A DNA stretch of 64,000 nucleotides from a virus (taxonomy: Duplodnaviria > Caudoviricetes), in the IMG/VR virus record IMGVR_UViG_3300027804_000001, positions 269,613 through 333,612 of that record. One strand, 5' to 3'. A model generated the notes under the pieces. The model saw only the letters and a list, made by a program, of their open reading frames with translations, was not told the DNA's origin and did not search any database. The position numbers and the translations under genes were made by a program. Shown in pieces: positions 48,821-59,499 of this stretch; positions within the stretch are counted from its first letter, which is position 1, and each line of letters starts with the position of its first letter.

Positions 48821-50074
48821 TTAGTATAAATAAGTTATACCAATTCTTGAGTTGTTTACAGGTGCACCTTGAAGTGTAATTTCTTTTTGACCGGTGATTT
48901 CAAAACCAACACCTTCTTCTTCAACAAGACCATTTATATCTAAAGTAACAACACTATCTATAAAATTATTAACCACAAAAGATAAGGTTGAACCATCGTA
49001 TGTAAAATATTCTGTTACAACCTGAATTGGTTTACCATAAGTGTCAATAATAACACTATTTCTACCTTTATAATAAGTTATTGTAATAACACTTCCTTCT
49101 AATGGTGGAGTTGAAAACGTTATTTTAGATGTTCCTACAACATGAAAATAGTCTACGTCTCTTTCTTGAATTAGACCATTTATCGCAACATTAAATAAAA
49201 TACCAATTGTTTCACCAACACTAAATGCGGTTTGTAAACCATCTGCGGTAAAACTAACGACGGTAATATCAATTGATTTACTAATATATTTCTTTTGGTA
49301 ATTGCTACTTTGTATAAACTCATTCATAAGGAACATTCTACTTAAAGCTGGTTTTACTTCAAATTCTTCACTATCTATCAAAATACCCAACATGGTAAAT
49401 TTATAGTTTTGAATATAAAACCTACGATTATCTATTGATTCCATAGGTGTACTATCATCTATACCATCTAATACAATTGGAATATAGTGACCTTTTACTG
49501 TTGTGTAAGCCTGTCTTGATGAAAACTTTTGTAAAACAATTTTATTAAATTTATTTAAATCTCTAAATTTTGTACAAACAATTGTTACCTCATAGGAAAT
49601 ATCTATAGCAACGGGTTGTGGCATTTTATAAATGTCCGCACCCATTTGACTCCCATTCCATGTTGGTACGGACGCATAATAGAAAGTACTCCTATCAGGA
49701 ATAGTTCTTTGAATTGATGGATTTGTTCCAGGTTGTGCGTCAGGTTTTCTGATCAAAGCAATAAACGGAAGTTTAATGTTACCATCATCATCTGTAAATT
49801 GCCAATTGTTTGTAAACTCACCCCACCTTTGAATTGTCATTATTTTTGGGATAACAGGAATAATATCACCATCTGTTACAATTTTGAAGTTCTTTTTTAC
49901 AAAGTCCAACATACCTCCATCCAAATCATCATGTAAAATTGAATCGGGTAAATAAGAATCGGCCTTGGTGATTCTATCTAATAATTCTTGTCTTCTCTCA
50001 AGAATCTTTTCACCTTGGTAATACTCTTTGTTTCCGTAAACCTCTATATTGTTTTTTCTTTTTGGGATACCCAT
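48821..50074 (-). CDS. Tail terminator/sheath stabiliser (T4 gp15-like) with two C-terminal beta repeats
   Basis: PQPVAIDISYEVTI motif; position between neck and sheath; F..DG....F repeats; start reassigned to MGIPKR. Confidence 0.65.
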   Translation of the reverse strand: MGIPKRKNNIEVYGNKEYYQGEKILERRQELLDRITKADSYLPDSILHDDLDGGMLDFVKKNFKIVTDGDIIPVIPKIMTIQRWGEFTNNWQFTDDDGNIKLPFIALIRKPDAQPGTNPSIQRTIPDRSTFYYASVPTWNGSQMGADIYKMPQPVAIDISYEVTIVCTKFRDLNKFNKIVLQKFSSRQAYTTVKGHYIPIVLDGIDDSTPMESIDNRRFYIQNYKFTMLGILIDSEEFEVKPALSRMFLMNEFIQSSNYQKKYISKSIDITVVSFTADGLQTAFSVGETIGILFNVAINGLIQERDVDYFHVVGTSKITFSTPPLEGSVITITYYKGRNSVIIDTYGKPIQVVTEYFTYDGSTLSFVVNNFIDSVVTLDINGLVEEEGVGFEITGQKEITLQGAPVNNSRIGITYLY

Positions 50075-50075
50075 A

Positions 50076-50588
50076 TTATACTCCTCTAAATTCTGATTCT
50101 TGGACAGGTGCACACTCTATTGTTACATAGTGTGGTTTATATCCAAACATTTTATGTTTATTATCGGCTTGAATTCTACCGTCGTTAACTACTTGATAAA
50201 AACGTAGTTTTTCTTCACTTTCAGCATAACCAACAAAATCACCATATCTAATACTCACACCTAATTCATCTAAGTGTGAAAGATAAATTCTAATTGTAAG
50301 GTTACCAGGTTCGAGGTATCTCATAACACCATTTTTATAAGACGAGTTCTTTGCTTCACCAATTTGAACTAAACCATTGACCTCTACGGGTGGGAAAAAC
50401 TTAATCTCATCTTTACCAACTTCAGCATAGATTGAGTCTGTGTCGGTTTTAGTCCTTTCGACTCTATATAAAACAAACTTCATATTCAAATCTCCATGAA
50501 GATACTCTTGACCCATTTGAATATTTATATCAAAATCCTCTTGTGAGAAGAATTTCGATAATCTCGTAATCGGTAGTTTATTTTTCAT
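50076..50588 (-). CDS. Neck/head-closure protein (T4 gp14-like)
   Basis: LYRVERTKTDTDSIYAE...IRYGDFV...FYQV; gene context. Confidence 0.6.
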   Translation of the reverse strand: MKNKLPITRLSKFFSQEDFDINIQMGQEYLHGDLNMKFVLYRVERTKTDTDSIYAEVGKDEIKFFPPVEVNGLVQIGEAKNSSYKNGVMRYLEPGNLTIRIYLSHLDELGVSIRYGDFVGYAESEEKLRFYQVVNDGRIQADNKHKMFGYKPHYVTIECAPVQESEFRGV

Positions 50589-50646
50589 ATTCTATAAATA
50601 GTTTAATATCTCGTTCTAATTATTTATATTTTAAATAATACATACT

Positions 50647-52392
50647 ATGGGTATTCCTGAAATAGAAGCTAGAGAAATATTATCAGTATATGAAGGTTCT
50701 AATAATCAATTATTAGAATGGAAGAGAAAATTTGTGGAGGTTAAAAATTTCAATTTAACTCGCCCACAGGCGGACTATGTTTTAAAGTATAAAGACACCA
50801 CCCCAAAAATAGCAAGAAAATACATAAAAATTGTTTCGACTTTTGGTGAGAAGTTAATGGATGACAAATTATTAACAACCCCACCAACTGAGATATGGTG
50901 TGAAAAATTACTGTGTGAATCTGATAAAGCGTTTCACATTTGGGGTAAAATTGTTGACTCAGACAAACTATCGTCATTTTGGTTACCCAAAGCAGCGGTT
51001 ATACAACCCGAAAAGAAATTAAACCGTGAAATTGATTATTCCAAATATTCATCAAGACCACCTATGGATCACCAAAAAGTGGCGATTGAAAAACTATTAG
51101 CAAATGACAAATACATCCTTGCAGATGACATGGGTTTAGGTAAAACAACGTCTGCGGTCATTGCGTCGTTAGAAAGTGGTGCAAGAAAAATTCTTATAGT
51201 TTGTCCCGCTTCATTAAAAATCAACTGGGAGAGAGAAATAAAAAATTATAGTGATAGAAAAATATTAATAGTTGAAGGACGTAAATGGGGTCACACTTTT
51301 GATTTCTACATTATAAATTATGACATTATTAAAAACTATCATACAACAGATAAAAGTGAAGATAGTGATGATTATAAATTATTAGTTAATACCAATTTTG
51401 ATTTAGCGATTGTTGATGAGGCACATTATATTTCAAATACAACAGCAAATAGAACAAGATTATTAAATGATGTTTTAGATACCATACCAAAAGTTTGGTT
51501 GTTAACGGGAACACCAATGACATCAAGACCAATTAATTATTTCAACTTACTTAAAATTGTTGATTCACCACTTACATTAAATTGGCAAACTTATGTTAAA
51601 AGATATTGTAAAGGATTTCAATTTAGAGTTGGTAATAGAAAAGTTTGGAACACAAGTGGCGCAAGTAACTTAGATGAATTAAGAGAAAGAACAAAGAATG
51701 TTGTATTAAGAAGAATGAAAACAGATATTCTTGATTTACCCGAAAAAATTGTTACACCTGTTTTTGTTGAATTGAATAGTAAAATGTATGATGAAGAATT
51801 GGAAGAGTTTGTTAGAATTAGTAAAGAGAAAAAAGAAGAAGATACAATTAGTATTACGTTAAATCGTCTAATGAAAGTTAGACAACTTATTTCTTATGAA
51901 AAAATTCCATACACCTGTGAATTGATTGATAAATGTATTGAACAAGGAAAAAAAGTTATTGTGTTAACAAACTTTACAATGACTCTTGACATGTTACATG
52001 AGAAATATAAAAAGACATCTGTTGTGTTAGATGGACGTATGTCAAAAGACAGAAGACAAGATTCAGTCGATAGGTTTCAAAATGAAGACAAAATAAAAGT
52101 ATTCATTGGTAACATAAAGGCGGCTGGAGTTGGTATTACATTAACAGCAGCAGAAGTTGTTATTATGAATGACTTATCTTTTGTACCGGCAGACCATTCA
52201 CAAGGTGAAGACAGAGCATATAGATACGGACAAAAAAATAGTGTTCTTGTTTACTATCCGGTATTTGAAAACACCATTGAAAAAGTTATTTACAATATTT
52301 TACAAAAGAAGAAAAACGTCATAGACCAAGTTATGGGTGACGGAGAATTTTCAGAATCTTTCGGTCAAGATTTAATTAAGAACCTCCTTTAA
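50647..52392 (+). CDS. SNF2-family (SF2) helicase
   Basis: LADDMGLGKT, VDEAH, LTGTP, GVGITLT, QGEDRAYRYGQ. Confidence 0.93.
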   Translation: MGIPEIEAREILSVYEGSNNQLLEWKRKFVEVKNFNLTRPQADYVLKYKDTTPKIARKYIKIVSTFGEKLMDDKLLTTPPTEIWCEKLLCESDKAFHIWGKIVDSDKLSSFWLPKAAVIQPEKKLNREIDYSKYSSRPPMDHQKVAIEKLLANDKYILADDMGLGKTTSAVIASLESGARKILIVCPASLKINWEREIKNYSDRKILIVEGRKWGHTFDFYIINYDIIKNYHTTDKSEDSDDYKLLVNTNFDLAIVDEAHYISNTTANRTRLLNDVLDTIPKVWLLTGTPMTSRPINYFNLLKIVDSPLTLNWQTYVKRYCKGFQFRVGNRKVWNTSGASNLDELRERTKNVVLRRMKTDILDLPEKIVTPVFVELNSKMYDEELEEFVRISKEKKEEDTISITLNRLMKVRQLISYEKIPYTCELIDKCIEQGKKVIVLTNFTMTLDMLHEKYKKTSVVLDGRMSKDRRQDSVDRFQNEDKIKVFIGNIKAAGVGITLTAAEVVIMNDLSFVPADHSQGEDRAYRYGQKNSVLVYYPVFENTIEKVIYNILQKKKNVIDQVMGDGEFSESFGQDLIKNLL

Positions 52393-52579
52393 TCGTCACA
52401 ATTAAATCTCGTATACTTTTTTCTAATTTTTTATCGTCGATGTTACCAATAGAGACATAAATTTTTTTATTCTCTAAATCTAAAGAAATAATATTTTCTT
52501 CACCTTCTTTTATTTTATAGGTAAATTCAAAATTATTTTTCCCACCGACTTCAAATAATTCTAATAAACTATCATTCAT
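52376..52579 (-). CDS. Small hypothetical protein
   Basis: 67 aa ORF coupled to upstream gene. Confidence 0.5.
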   Translation of the reverse strand: MNDSLLELFEVGGKNNFEFTYKIKEGEENIISLDLENKKIYVSIGNIDDKKLEKSIRDLIVTIKGGS

Positions 52580-53450
52580 ATATTACATCACATTTTTTAA
52601 CATATAAATCATTATGAAAACATACATACCTGATTCCATTTTTTTGAATTGTTTTCATTTTTGAAATATCATTTTTAAACACATATAGACAATTTTCACT
52701 TGGTACATAAAATACAAATAATTTTACATCTGGATATCTGTTTACACCCATACCGTTACGTACTTCCCAATAATCTTCATTATTTAATACAACAGATTTC
52801 ACACCTTTTATTTGTGTACCTGCATTAACAATATTTTTTCCTTGAAATTTTGTAATACAATCGAACCCATCAAACATATCTAAAGCTTCACCAGGAAGGT
52901 CATCGTAAGACTCAATACCAATTACATTTTTATCGTTTAAATAATTTTCATAATGTTTGACCCAATTCTTTGTATGTTCCAAACCTTTAATCCAACTATT
53001 AATACAATATTGACGAAGAATCCAATAAGTTTCTTTTTCTTCACTGAAAAAATAATCTTTATGTTTTTCAAGTAATCTTAAAAATTTATTAAGTTCACTT
53101 ACGTTATATAATTCTCCTTTACTTAAATCAAAATTAATACCATTATTTGGTTCAATAATATCTAAAAGATGTTTTGCGTGTGTGATTGCAGTGTAATTTG
53201 TGTTAAATCTATTAAGGTGACCCCAAAATAATTTCCCACCAATTATTTCAACAATTCCAGAAAAACGTTTCCCTTCTTTATTATATCTTATTGACCATCG
53301 ATTTGGTTGGTGTCCGTAAATTGAAAACATGATATCCTCAATTTTGTCACATATTTTCCATTTATATGGACCATTGTTAACAAAGTAGTTAAAAATATCT
53401 ACTTCGTTTCCATAATAAGATTGTAATGTGTGGTCGTATTCTAATGTCAT
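52572..53450 (-). CDS. Hypothetical protein with possible C-terminal PD-(D/E)xK nuclease fold
   Basis: DMFDGFDCI...TQIK pattern; ATG start at 53450 just behind a Bacteroidota-type promoter. Confidence 0.45.
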   Translation of the reverse strand: MTLEYDHTLQSYYGNEVDIFNYFVNNGPYKWKICDKIEDIMFSIYGHQPNRWSIRYNKEGKRFSGIVEIIGGKLFWGHLNRFNTNYTAITHAKHLLDIIEPNNGINFDLSKGELYNVSELNKFLRLLEKHKDYFFSEEKETYWILRQYCINSWIKGLEHTKNWVKHYENYLNDKNVIGIESYDDLPGEALDMFDGFDCITKFQGKNIVNAGTQIKGVKSVVLNNEDYWEVRNGMGVNRYPDVKLFVFYVPSENCLYVFKNDISKMKTIQKNGIRYVCFHNDLYVKKCDVIYE

Positions 53451-53455
53451 ATTCA

Positions 53456-53487
53456 CAAATATAAACTATTTATTGGAATATACCAAA
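53456..53487 (-). promoter_or_regulatory. Bacteroidota sigmaA-type promoter
   Basis: TTTG (53487-53484), 20-nt spacer, TATATTTG (53463-53456) = TTTG-N19-21-TAnnTTTG consensus. Confidence 0.7.
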
Positions 53488-53492
53488 ATATT

Positions 53493-54608
53493 ATGTCAGT
53501 AACAGTAATATCACAACCTGAAAAAGAGAAATTATATACACAAGTATTCCATTTATTGGGTATGCCCGTTCGTGGTATCGAATTAACCGAGGAACAAATG
53601 GACACTTTTTTGGAACTAGCCGTTTCGGAATATGAACAATATGTGAATGATTGGTTAATTGAATCTCAATGGTCTTCTCTTATCGGTTTGGATGTTGATA
53701 CCCAATCATTATCAAGAGCATTTACTACGAGAGGTTTAGACTACGAAACACAATATTCTTATTCGTATTCTAAAATTGTGGGTTTACAGGCGGGTGGTCC
53801 TTGGGAATTGAAAAAAGATTATTTTAAATTATCGGGAGGAACCCAAACATATGAAATTCCGGCCGGTAGAGAAATAAACGAACTTTTATGGTTCCAAAGA
53901 GCAGAATTAACTGACTCAATTGTTGACCCATTCTTGGGTGGTTTTGGTGGTCTTGGTGGTGTTGGTTTTGGTGGTGTGGGTGGTTTTGCTCAAATGGGTA
54001 CATCAGGTTCATATTTTCTACTTCCTGCTTTTGATTTATTAATGAGAATGCAAGATAGAAATATTAAAAACCGTTTAATTGGTGGCGACGTTACATACAG
54101 AATTACTGCCGGACCAAACGGAACAAAATTGGTTCATTTATATAATGTTCCGGGTGGTAAATTTGATTTTTCTAATTTAAGAAATAACTACAATGTTTGG
54201 TATTGGTATTACGATACAACAGATAGAGATACATGTTTGGACCAAAATGCCGACGTTATAAAGTTACCATCAGATATCGATGTTACACCTCTAACTTGGG
54301 ATGTATTAAACAAACCCGCACAAAACTGGGTTAGAAAATATCTTATCTCCTATGCAAAAGAAGGTCTTGCAAGAATATGGGGTAAATTTTCAGGAGATTT
54401 ACAAGTACCGGATTCACAAGTAAAATTGGACTATACCTCATTACTTACTGAAGCAAAAGACGAAAAATTAAAATTAATCGAAGAATTAATGCAAAGACTT
54501 GAAAGACTTCGTCCTGAAAAAATTCTTGAGAGAAAGGGAAACGAAGCAGAAAATCTTAATAAGGCATTGAAATATAGACCAATGATTTCACCATTTAATG
54601 TGATTTAA
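53493..54608 (+). CDS. Neck/head-tail adaptor protein (T4 gp13-like)
   Basis: LGMPVRGIELTEEQMDTFLELAVSEY; WVRKYLISYAKE.L.RIWGKF motifs. Confidence 0.75.
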   Translation: MSVTVISQPEKEKLYTQVFHLLGMPVRGIELTEEQMDTFLELAVSEYEQYVNDWLIESQWSSLIGLDVDTQSLSRAFTTRGLDYETQYSYSYSKIVGLQAGGPWELKKDYFKLSGGTQTYEIPAGREINELLWFQRAELTDSIVDPFLGGFGGLGGVGFGGVGGFAQMGTSGSYFLLPAFDLLMRMQDRNIKNRLIGGDVTYRITAGPNGTKLVHLYNVPGGKFDFSNLRNNYNVWYWYYDTTDRDTCLDQNADVIKLPSDIDVTPLTWDVLNKPAQNWVRKYLISYAKEGLARIWGKFSGDLQVPDSQVKLDYTSLLTEAKDEKLKLIEELMQRLERLRPEKILERKGNEAENLNKALKYRPMISPFNVI

Positions 54609-57502
54609 GATTCCACGGCGTGATAGGCATAATCATGTGCATTATTTTCTATAATTTCATCTTCGTTACTTTTAATACTATTTGCTTGTAACTTAACAAC
54701 CTTTCTATTGTAATCAACCCAATGTTGATCAACAAGTGACAAACTATCTTCTACATACATAAAGAACGGATCTTTATTTACTCTATTCCAAAATAATACC
54801 TCACTATCAGACAATGTCATAACCTCGTCAAATTTATCTTGACCATCTTCTTTTAAAGGATACCCACTAACTAATTCACATTGAAGTTTTGTAAAATATT
54901 GTCTGTCTTTAGGGTCTTCAATTAATATGTCTTCTCTAATTTCAGGTTTAAAAACACAAAGTAACGGTTCAATTCTTTTATTAAACGTTGACAAATATCT
55001 TGGTACATTATAATCACCAGTCATGTTTGGATTGTTTTGAATTTCCTTTTCGGGAATCATGTAACAATTAACCTCAATATAATCCGACGGCATTGGATAT
55101 CCATGTTTTTGTTGAAATTCTTCTTGTTGTTTTTTTGTTGGTTTAGAAATTTTTTGTACGTCTCCTGATGATTTTTTTAAACCATTATTAATATAATAAA
55201 TTGTTTCACCCAATCCGGCGGGATAATCATTCAACATTACAAGTTCCATATGTGCCTGTCTTGACATTAATGAACCTGCCTTAGTTACTTTTTTAATGTG
55301 TTTTTTATAATCATCTAAAGATTGTTTAACACGAGATTTATTTGCAATTTTAGATAATGGTATTTCTTTATTATAAATTTTATTTACATAGTCATAGTAT
55401 AAATCAATAAAACCAACACCATCACCATTCAATAACATTTTTAATCCTTCATCTAAAAACTCAACAACATATTGTTGTAATTTTTTAGATTTGATTGTGT
55501 TGCCCGTTAATTTAATTTTTTCCTTACCTTTTTTCATCATTTTAATAATGTAATTTTTACGGGAAACATTAATACAAGCTGGTGCAACATAATCTATATC
55601 CAACCCCATTTCATTTCTCATAAAAATATCGTTAAACTCCGCCGTGTCTGCTTCAATACCACGATATTCTTTACCTTCAGTTACTAATTCATTTAAACCT
55701 TTACCGATATAAACTGTGTCATTTATATTTTCAGGAGTTTCAAAGTTAACACCATCTGTATCCATCACCAATGGTTTATAACCTTTATTTTGGAAAAACA
55801 TAATCATCATTCGTAAACATTGACGACCAACACAAGTAATAGTTTCACCCATATTCATATCACCCCATGGAAATACTTGTGGTGCGGATAACGAACCAAA
55901 ATAAGCATTGATGAAAATTTTAATTGGTAATTGTTTACGGTCATACATCTCAGCTAATACAGGATCTTTATCTTTTAATTCCCCCGCCAAATGTTTGTAT
56001 TTGATACGAATATTTCTAAAATATTTTAACATTGATTTTTGAACACCCATAACATCACACTCAGGAAACACATCATATACAAGTTGTATTGATGGGTAAA
56101 GTGACGAATAGTCAAATTTAACGATATTCTTTGAGAACCCAACATTTAATAAACGTGATAATCCACCAGTAATTGCACGTTTTTCATCTTTAGTTGGGAT
56201 TGCTAAATTATTTTCATATGACCATGCTAACATAATAATTTTCCATAATGTTGCGGTACCCATTGTTGCTATTCTTTCATATGTTGTCGGTACTAATTTA
56301 GAAAGTAAAAAAGTTGATTGTGAAAATGAATCATCTACAATCATTGTTTCATACAAGTCATCATCAAGATACTGTTCAACAATTTTTCTACCGGGCCAAA
56401 TTTCATATTTGCCGGGGTATTTTTGTAATAGATTTTCAGTACCCGGGTCACCTATTTTTTTATATTTTCCTGTTTTTGGGTTAATATAATAACTTTCATT
56501 ATCTAAATAAATTTTAGAGATATAAGCACCGTCAACATAAACACGATTAGGTTTTTCTTTTTCAAGATACTGTGTTATATATTTCAACCCCCATGATTTA
56601 ATTTCACTATTAATTGCTTGAGCCCTACGAACCGCATGGGCAATGTCAATAATATTAAAACCCCAAATCACATGTTGGGTATATGGTTCTACTTCATTTG
56701 CAAGTTTTAAAATACTTTCTTTCTCTGTAATTCCTTTTGAAGTGAATATACCCGTAAGACCAGAAACATCTACACCTAAAATTTGTGCTCTTTTTAGAAT
56801 AAATGGCCAGTCGAAAAACGCAGAGTTATAACCACCTATAATTGTAGGTTTAATTTCACTAATGGTCTTAAAAAAATCTTCAATACATTTCTTTTCACCA
56901 TCCTCACCAAATGCTGCAAATGTTTTTTGTAAACCACGATTATCTTTAACACCAATTAGAATAATTTTATTCTTATCGGATTCAAGACCTGTGGTTTCTA
57001 TATCAAATACAAATCTATGAACACCATTATAATCGTCTATCCCTTTGAATAATCTTTTCTTTTTATCAATAAGATATTGTTCAACCGGTGATAACACTTG
57101 AAAATATTGTCTATAATTTTCATTCCAAGGATCAATTCCACCTTCTCTGAAAAAGCTAGTTAAGTTTGTATAACTTTTAATACTTTTTACAAGATATTTT
57201 AATCCACCCTCAAGTCGTTCATTACCATATGTTTCTAATTTTTCAATTATAATACCATGAACACCCATTGCCTTTTTTTGTTGGGCCTTGGAATTGTTAT
57301 AGAAATTTAAACCTGAAAGATCACCAACCCACAGAAATGGTGTAAAAGTATCTTTTTTGATTATTTTACCCTCCTCAGGGTCCTGAATAATTTTGTAAAT
57401 TGAATTTGTTGGGTAATCGTATTCAACACCTACGATATATTTTTCATCGTCCCATCCATTAAGAAAATTTTCGATAATTTCCTGAGAAATAACTTCTTTC
57501 AT
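54605..57502 (-). CDS. polB: Family B DNA polymerase with 3'-5' exonuclease
   Basis: FDIETT (ExoI), YNSAFFDW (ExoII), DYSSLYPS (A), KIFINAYFG (B), MDTDG (C), KNY. Confidence 0.96.
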   Translation of the reverse strand: MKEVISQEIIENFLNGWDDEKYIVGVEYDYPTNSIYKIIQDPEEGKIIKKDTFTPFLWVGDLSGLNFYNNSKAQQKKAMGVHGIIIEKLETYGNERLEGGLKYLVKSIKSYTNLTSFFREGGIDPWNENYRQYFQVLSPVEQYLIDKKKRLFKGIDDYNGVHRFVFDIETTGLESDKNKIILIGVKDNRGLQKTFAAFGEDGEKKCIEDFFKTISEIKPTIIGGYNSAFFDWPFILKRAQILGVDVSGLTGIFTSKGITEKESILKLANEVEPYTQHVIWGFNIIDIAHAVRRAQAINSEIKSWGLKYITQYLEKEKPNRVYVDGAYISKIYLDNESYYINPKTGKYKKIGDPGTENLLQKYPGKYEIWPGRKIVEQYLDDDLYETMIVDDSFSQSTFLLSKLVPTTYERIATMGTATLWKIIMLAWSYENNLAIPTKDEKRAITGGLSRLLNVGFSKNIVKFDYSSLYPSIQLVYDVFPECDVMGVQKSMLKYFRNIRIKYKHLAGELKDKDPVLAEMYDRKQLPIKIFINAYFGSLSAPQVFPWGDMNMGETITCVGRQCLRMMIMFFQNKGYKPLVMDTDGVNFETPENINDTVYIGKGLNELVTEGKEYRGIEADTAEFNDIFMRNEMGLDIDYVAPACINVSRKNYIIKMMKKGKEKIKLTGNTIKSKKLQQYVVEFLDEGLKMLLNGDGVGFIDLYYDYVNKIYNKEIPLSKIANKSRVKQSLDDYKKHIKKVTKAGSLMSRQAHMELVMLNDYPAGLGETIYYINNGLKKSSGDVQKISKPTKKQQEEFQQKHGYPMPSDYIEVNCYMIPEKEIQNNPNMTGDYNVPRYLSTFNKRIEPLLCVFKPEIREDILIEDPKDRQYFTKLQCELVSGYPLKEDGQDKFDEVMTLSDSEVLFWNRVNKDPFFMYVEDSLSLVDQHWVDYNRKVVKLQANSIKSNEDEIIENNAHDYAYHAVES

Positions 57503-57595
57503 TTATATATTTTTTAAAGTGACACATTGGCTTGTGATATAAAACCACAATTTGTCTTGTTCTGTAATATAAATAAAAAAACTGAAATAAAAAAA

Positions 57596-57964
57596 TTAAA
57601 TGACGTTAATGAAGAGTTTTTCTCTAATTGGAACAATTAACTTGTTTGTTGGGTTTGAATCCGTATCTAAAAATTGTATGGTTATTAAACCTTCAAATTT
57701 ACCCTTAACCGATGTGTTTTCTTCTGTTAATCTATATGTTATGTAATACTCGTCGGTTGTTTGATCATATTTTTTTGTTCTTTTGGTTAAAGAACACAGA
57801 CCATTCAAAACTTGATATATACCTGATTCAACATCAAACATTTCAAAAGTAATATTAGAATTTTCCAATAAATCATTAAATGATGACTTATCATTTTTAC
57901 CGTCATCAATCAATCTCATCTTTAATATTGGGTCAGTTGCCCCTTGTCTGATAAAAAATTCCAT
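57596..57964 (-). CDS. BppU-like baseplate/fibre attachment protein
   Basis: MEFFIRQGATDPILKMRLID...G.F.G..TI.F pattern. Confidence 0.5.
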   Translation of the reverse strand: MEFFIRQGATDPILKMRLIDDGKNDKSSFNDLLENSNITFEMFDVESGIYQVLNGLCSLTKRTKKYDQTTDEYYITYRLTEENTSVKGKFEGLITIQFLDTDSNPTNKLIVPIREKLFINVI

Positions 57965-57986
57965 ATGTTATAAATATATATTTTTG

Positions 57987-59498
57987 TTATAAACCGTATT
58001 TAGATTTGTCTGCGTTATAGTTATTTAAAACTTCAGTTGATGTTAATGCACTACTATATAAACGAGTTATACCAATCTTACCATCAAACCATTGTGCGTA
58101 TTCACCATTATTATATGAACCTATGTATAAGTTTGTAGTAGTGTTTAATATACTTGCTAAACTGTGATTTACAGTACCAATACTAACACCATTAACAAAT
58201 GTTTGAAATGTATTGGCTGCAACATTAGTAAATACATAAACTATTTGATACCATGTATTAAGTGTTGCGGTGTGGTTTGTACTATTAACAAATAGTGTTG
58301 ATCCTGAACCCGCACCCGAACCATATTGTCCATAAAATGTTGAAGCAGTTGTTCTAATACTATAACCCACATTTGTTGTTAATCCACCTGCGTTAAATTT
58401 ACCAAGTACTACATCATTACCTGCTACTGATTGATTCACCCAAACTTCTACTGTCCAATCACCACTTCCCGGTTCTAATGCCGCATTATCTGCAACTGAA
58501 ATTTGTGATGAAGAACCATTGTATGTGAAGTATGGTGATGTATATGTTATATTACTCATTGTTCCATTCAAATCATTACCTGATAAATCATTAATTGTTG
58601 TTCCACTACCAGGATACGAAGAAAGGTTTGATGGGTCGTAATGTAATACTAAATTGCTTGTAGTTACCACACTTGCAGTAATACTTGGTGTAGGTGTAAC
58701 TGAATTGGTAGGTGTGACCGTATTAGTTGGTGTATTCGTTGGGGTAGGTGTTGGAGTTGGAGTTAATGTTTCGGTTACTGTTGGTGTAACAGTAAAAGTA
58801 GGTGTCGGAGTTGGAGTTAATGTTTCGGTTACTGTTGGTGTTGGTGTTGGGGTACTAGTTGGTGTTTCCGTTGGTGTTGGTGTTGGTGTAGGTAACGCCG
58901 CCTCACATAATTGACAAGTTGCATAGAAGGTAAGTGGTGAACCCGTATCTGTTGGTGTGTCAACTATTTTATTAATAATTTTATAACATCCACTCGGAGT
59001 CGCTCCCGTAAATGTTATGTTGAATACGTCTCCCGCAAAAAATGATCCCGGTCCTAAATCGGCAACTAATACGTTCAAGTTAGTACATCCTGAAATTGTA
59101 TAAGTTGTTGTTGTCCCATCAATACAATCCGCACAATTAGAATAAGATGATATAGGATTACCTCCGTCATCTGGTGTCGTATCAATTTTATTAACAATGG
59201 TATAGCACTCGCTTGCGGTTGAACCTGTAAAATCTAAGAAGAACGTATCACCAGGGAAAAAATTTCCTGGCCCTAAATCAGCAACAATAACATTTGAACT
59301 ACTACATCCCGAAATTGTATAAGTTGTTACTGCACTTAAATCAATTGTAGGTGTTGGTGTTGGAGTTAATGTTTCGGTTACTGTTGGTGTAACAGTAAAA
59401 GTCGGAGTTGGGGTTAATGTTTCCGTTATCGTGGGTGTGGGTGTGTTTAAAATAATTTGAGATTGATCTACTACACCAAAATTAAATAATTGTATCAT
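57987..59498 (-). CDS. Fibre/adhesin: Thr-Pro linkers, duplicated Cys-rich domain, C-terminal LamG-like domain
   Basis: Two ~68 aa TTYTISGC...ADLGPG...C..C copies; [15 protein letters not shown]...WTVEVWV...FDGKIG..RLYSSAL LamG signature. Confidence 0.75.
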   Translation of the reverse strand: MIQLFNFGVVDQSQIILNTPTPTITETLTPTPTFTVTPTVTETLTPTPTPTIDLSAVTTYTISGCSSSNVIVADLGPGNFFPGDTFFLDFTGSTASECYTIVNKIDTTPDDGGNPISSYSNCADCIDGTTTTYTISGCTNLNVLVADLGPGSFFAGDVFNITFTGATPSGCYKIINKIVDTPTDTGSPLTFYATCQLCEAALPTPTPTPTETPTSTPTPTPTVTETLTPTPTPTFTVTPTVTETLTPTPTPTPTNTPTNTVTPTNSVTPTPSITASVVTTSNLVLHYDPSNLSSYPGSGTTINDLSGNDLNGTMSNITYTSPYFTYNGSSSQISVADNAALEPGSGDWTVEVWVNQSVAGNDVVLGKFNAGGLTTNVGYSIRTTASTFYGQYGSGAGSGSTLFVNSTNHTATLNTWYQIVYVFTNVAANTFQTFVNGVSIGTVNHSLASILNTTTNLYIGSYNNGEYAQWFDGKIGITRLYSSALTSTEVLNNYNADKSKYGL

Positions 59499-59499
59499 T

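Noticed and set aside
22194-57502. Inteins or group I introns in nrdA, nrdB, helicase, recA or polB
   Set aside because: Proteins are of normal length with contiguous motifs; no C/S...HN splice junctions or LAGLIDADG/HNH inserts visible.
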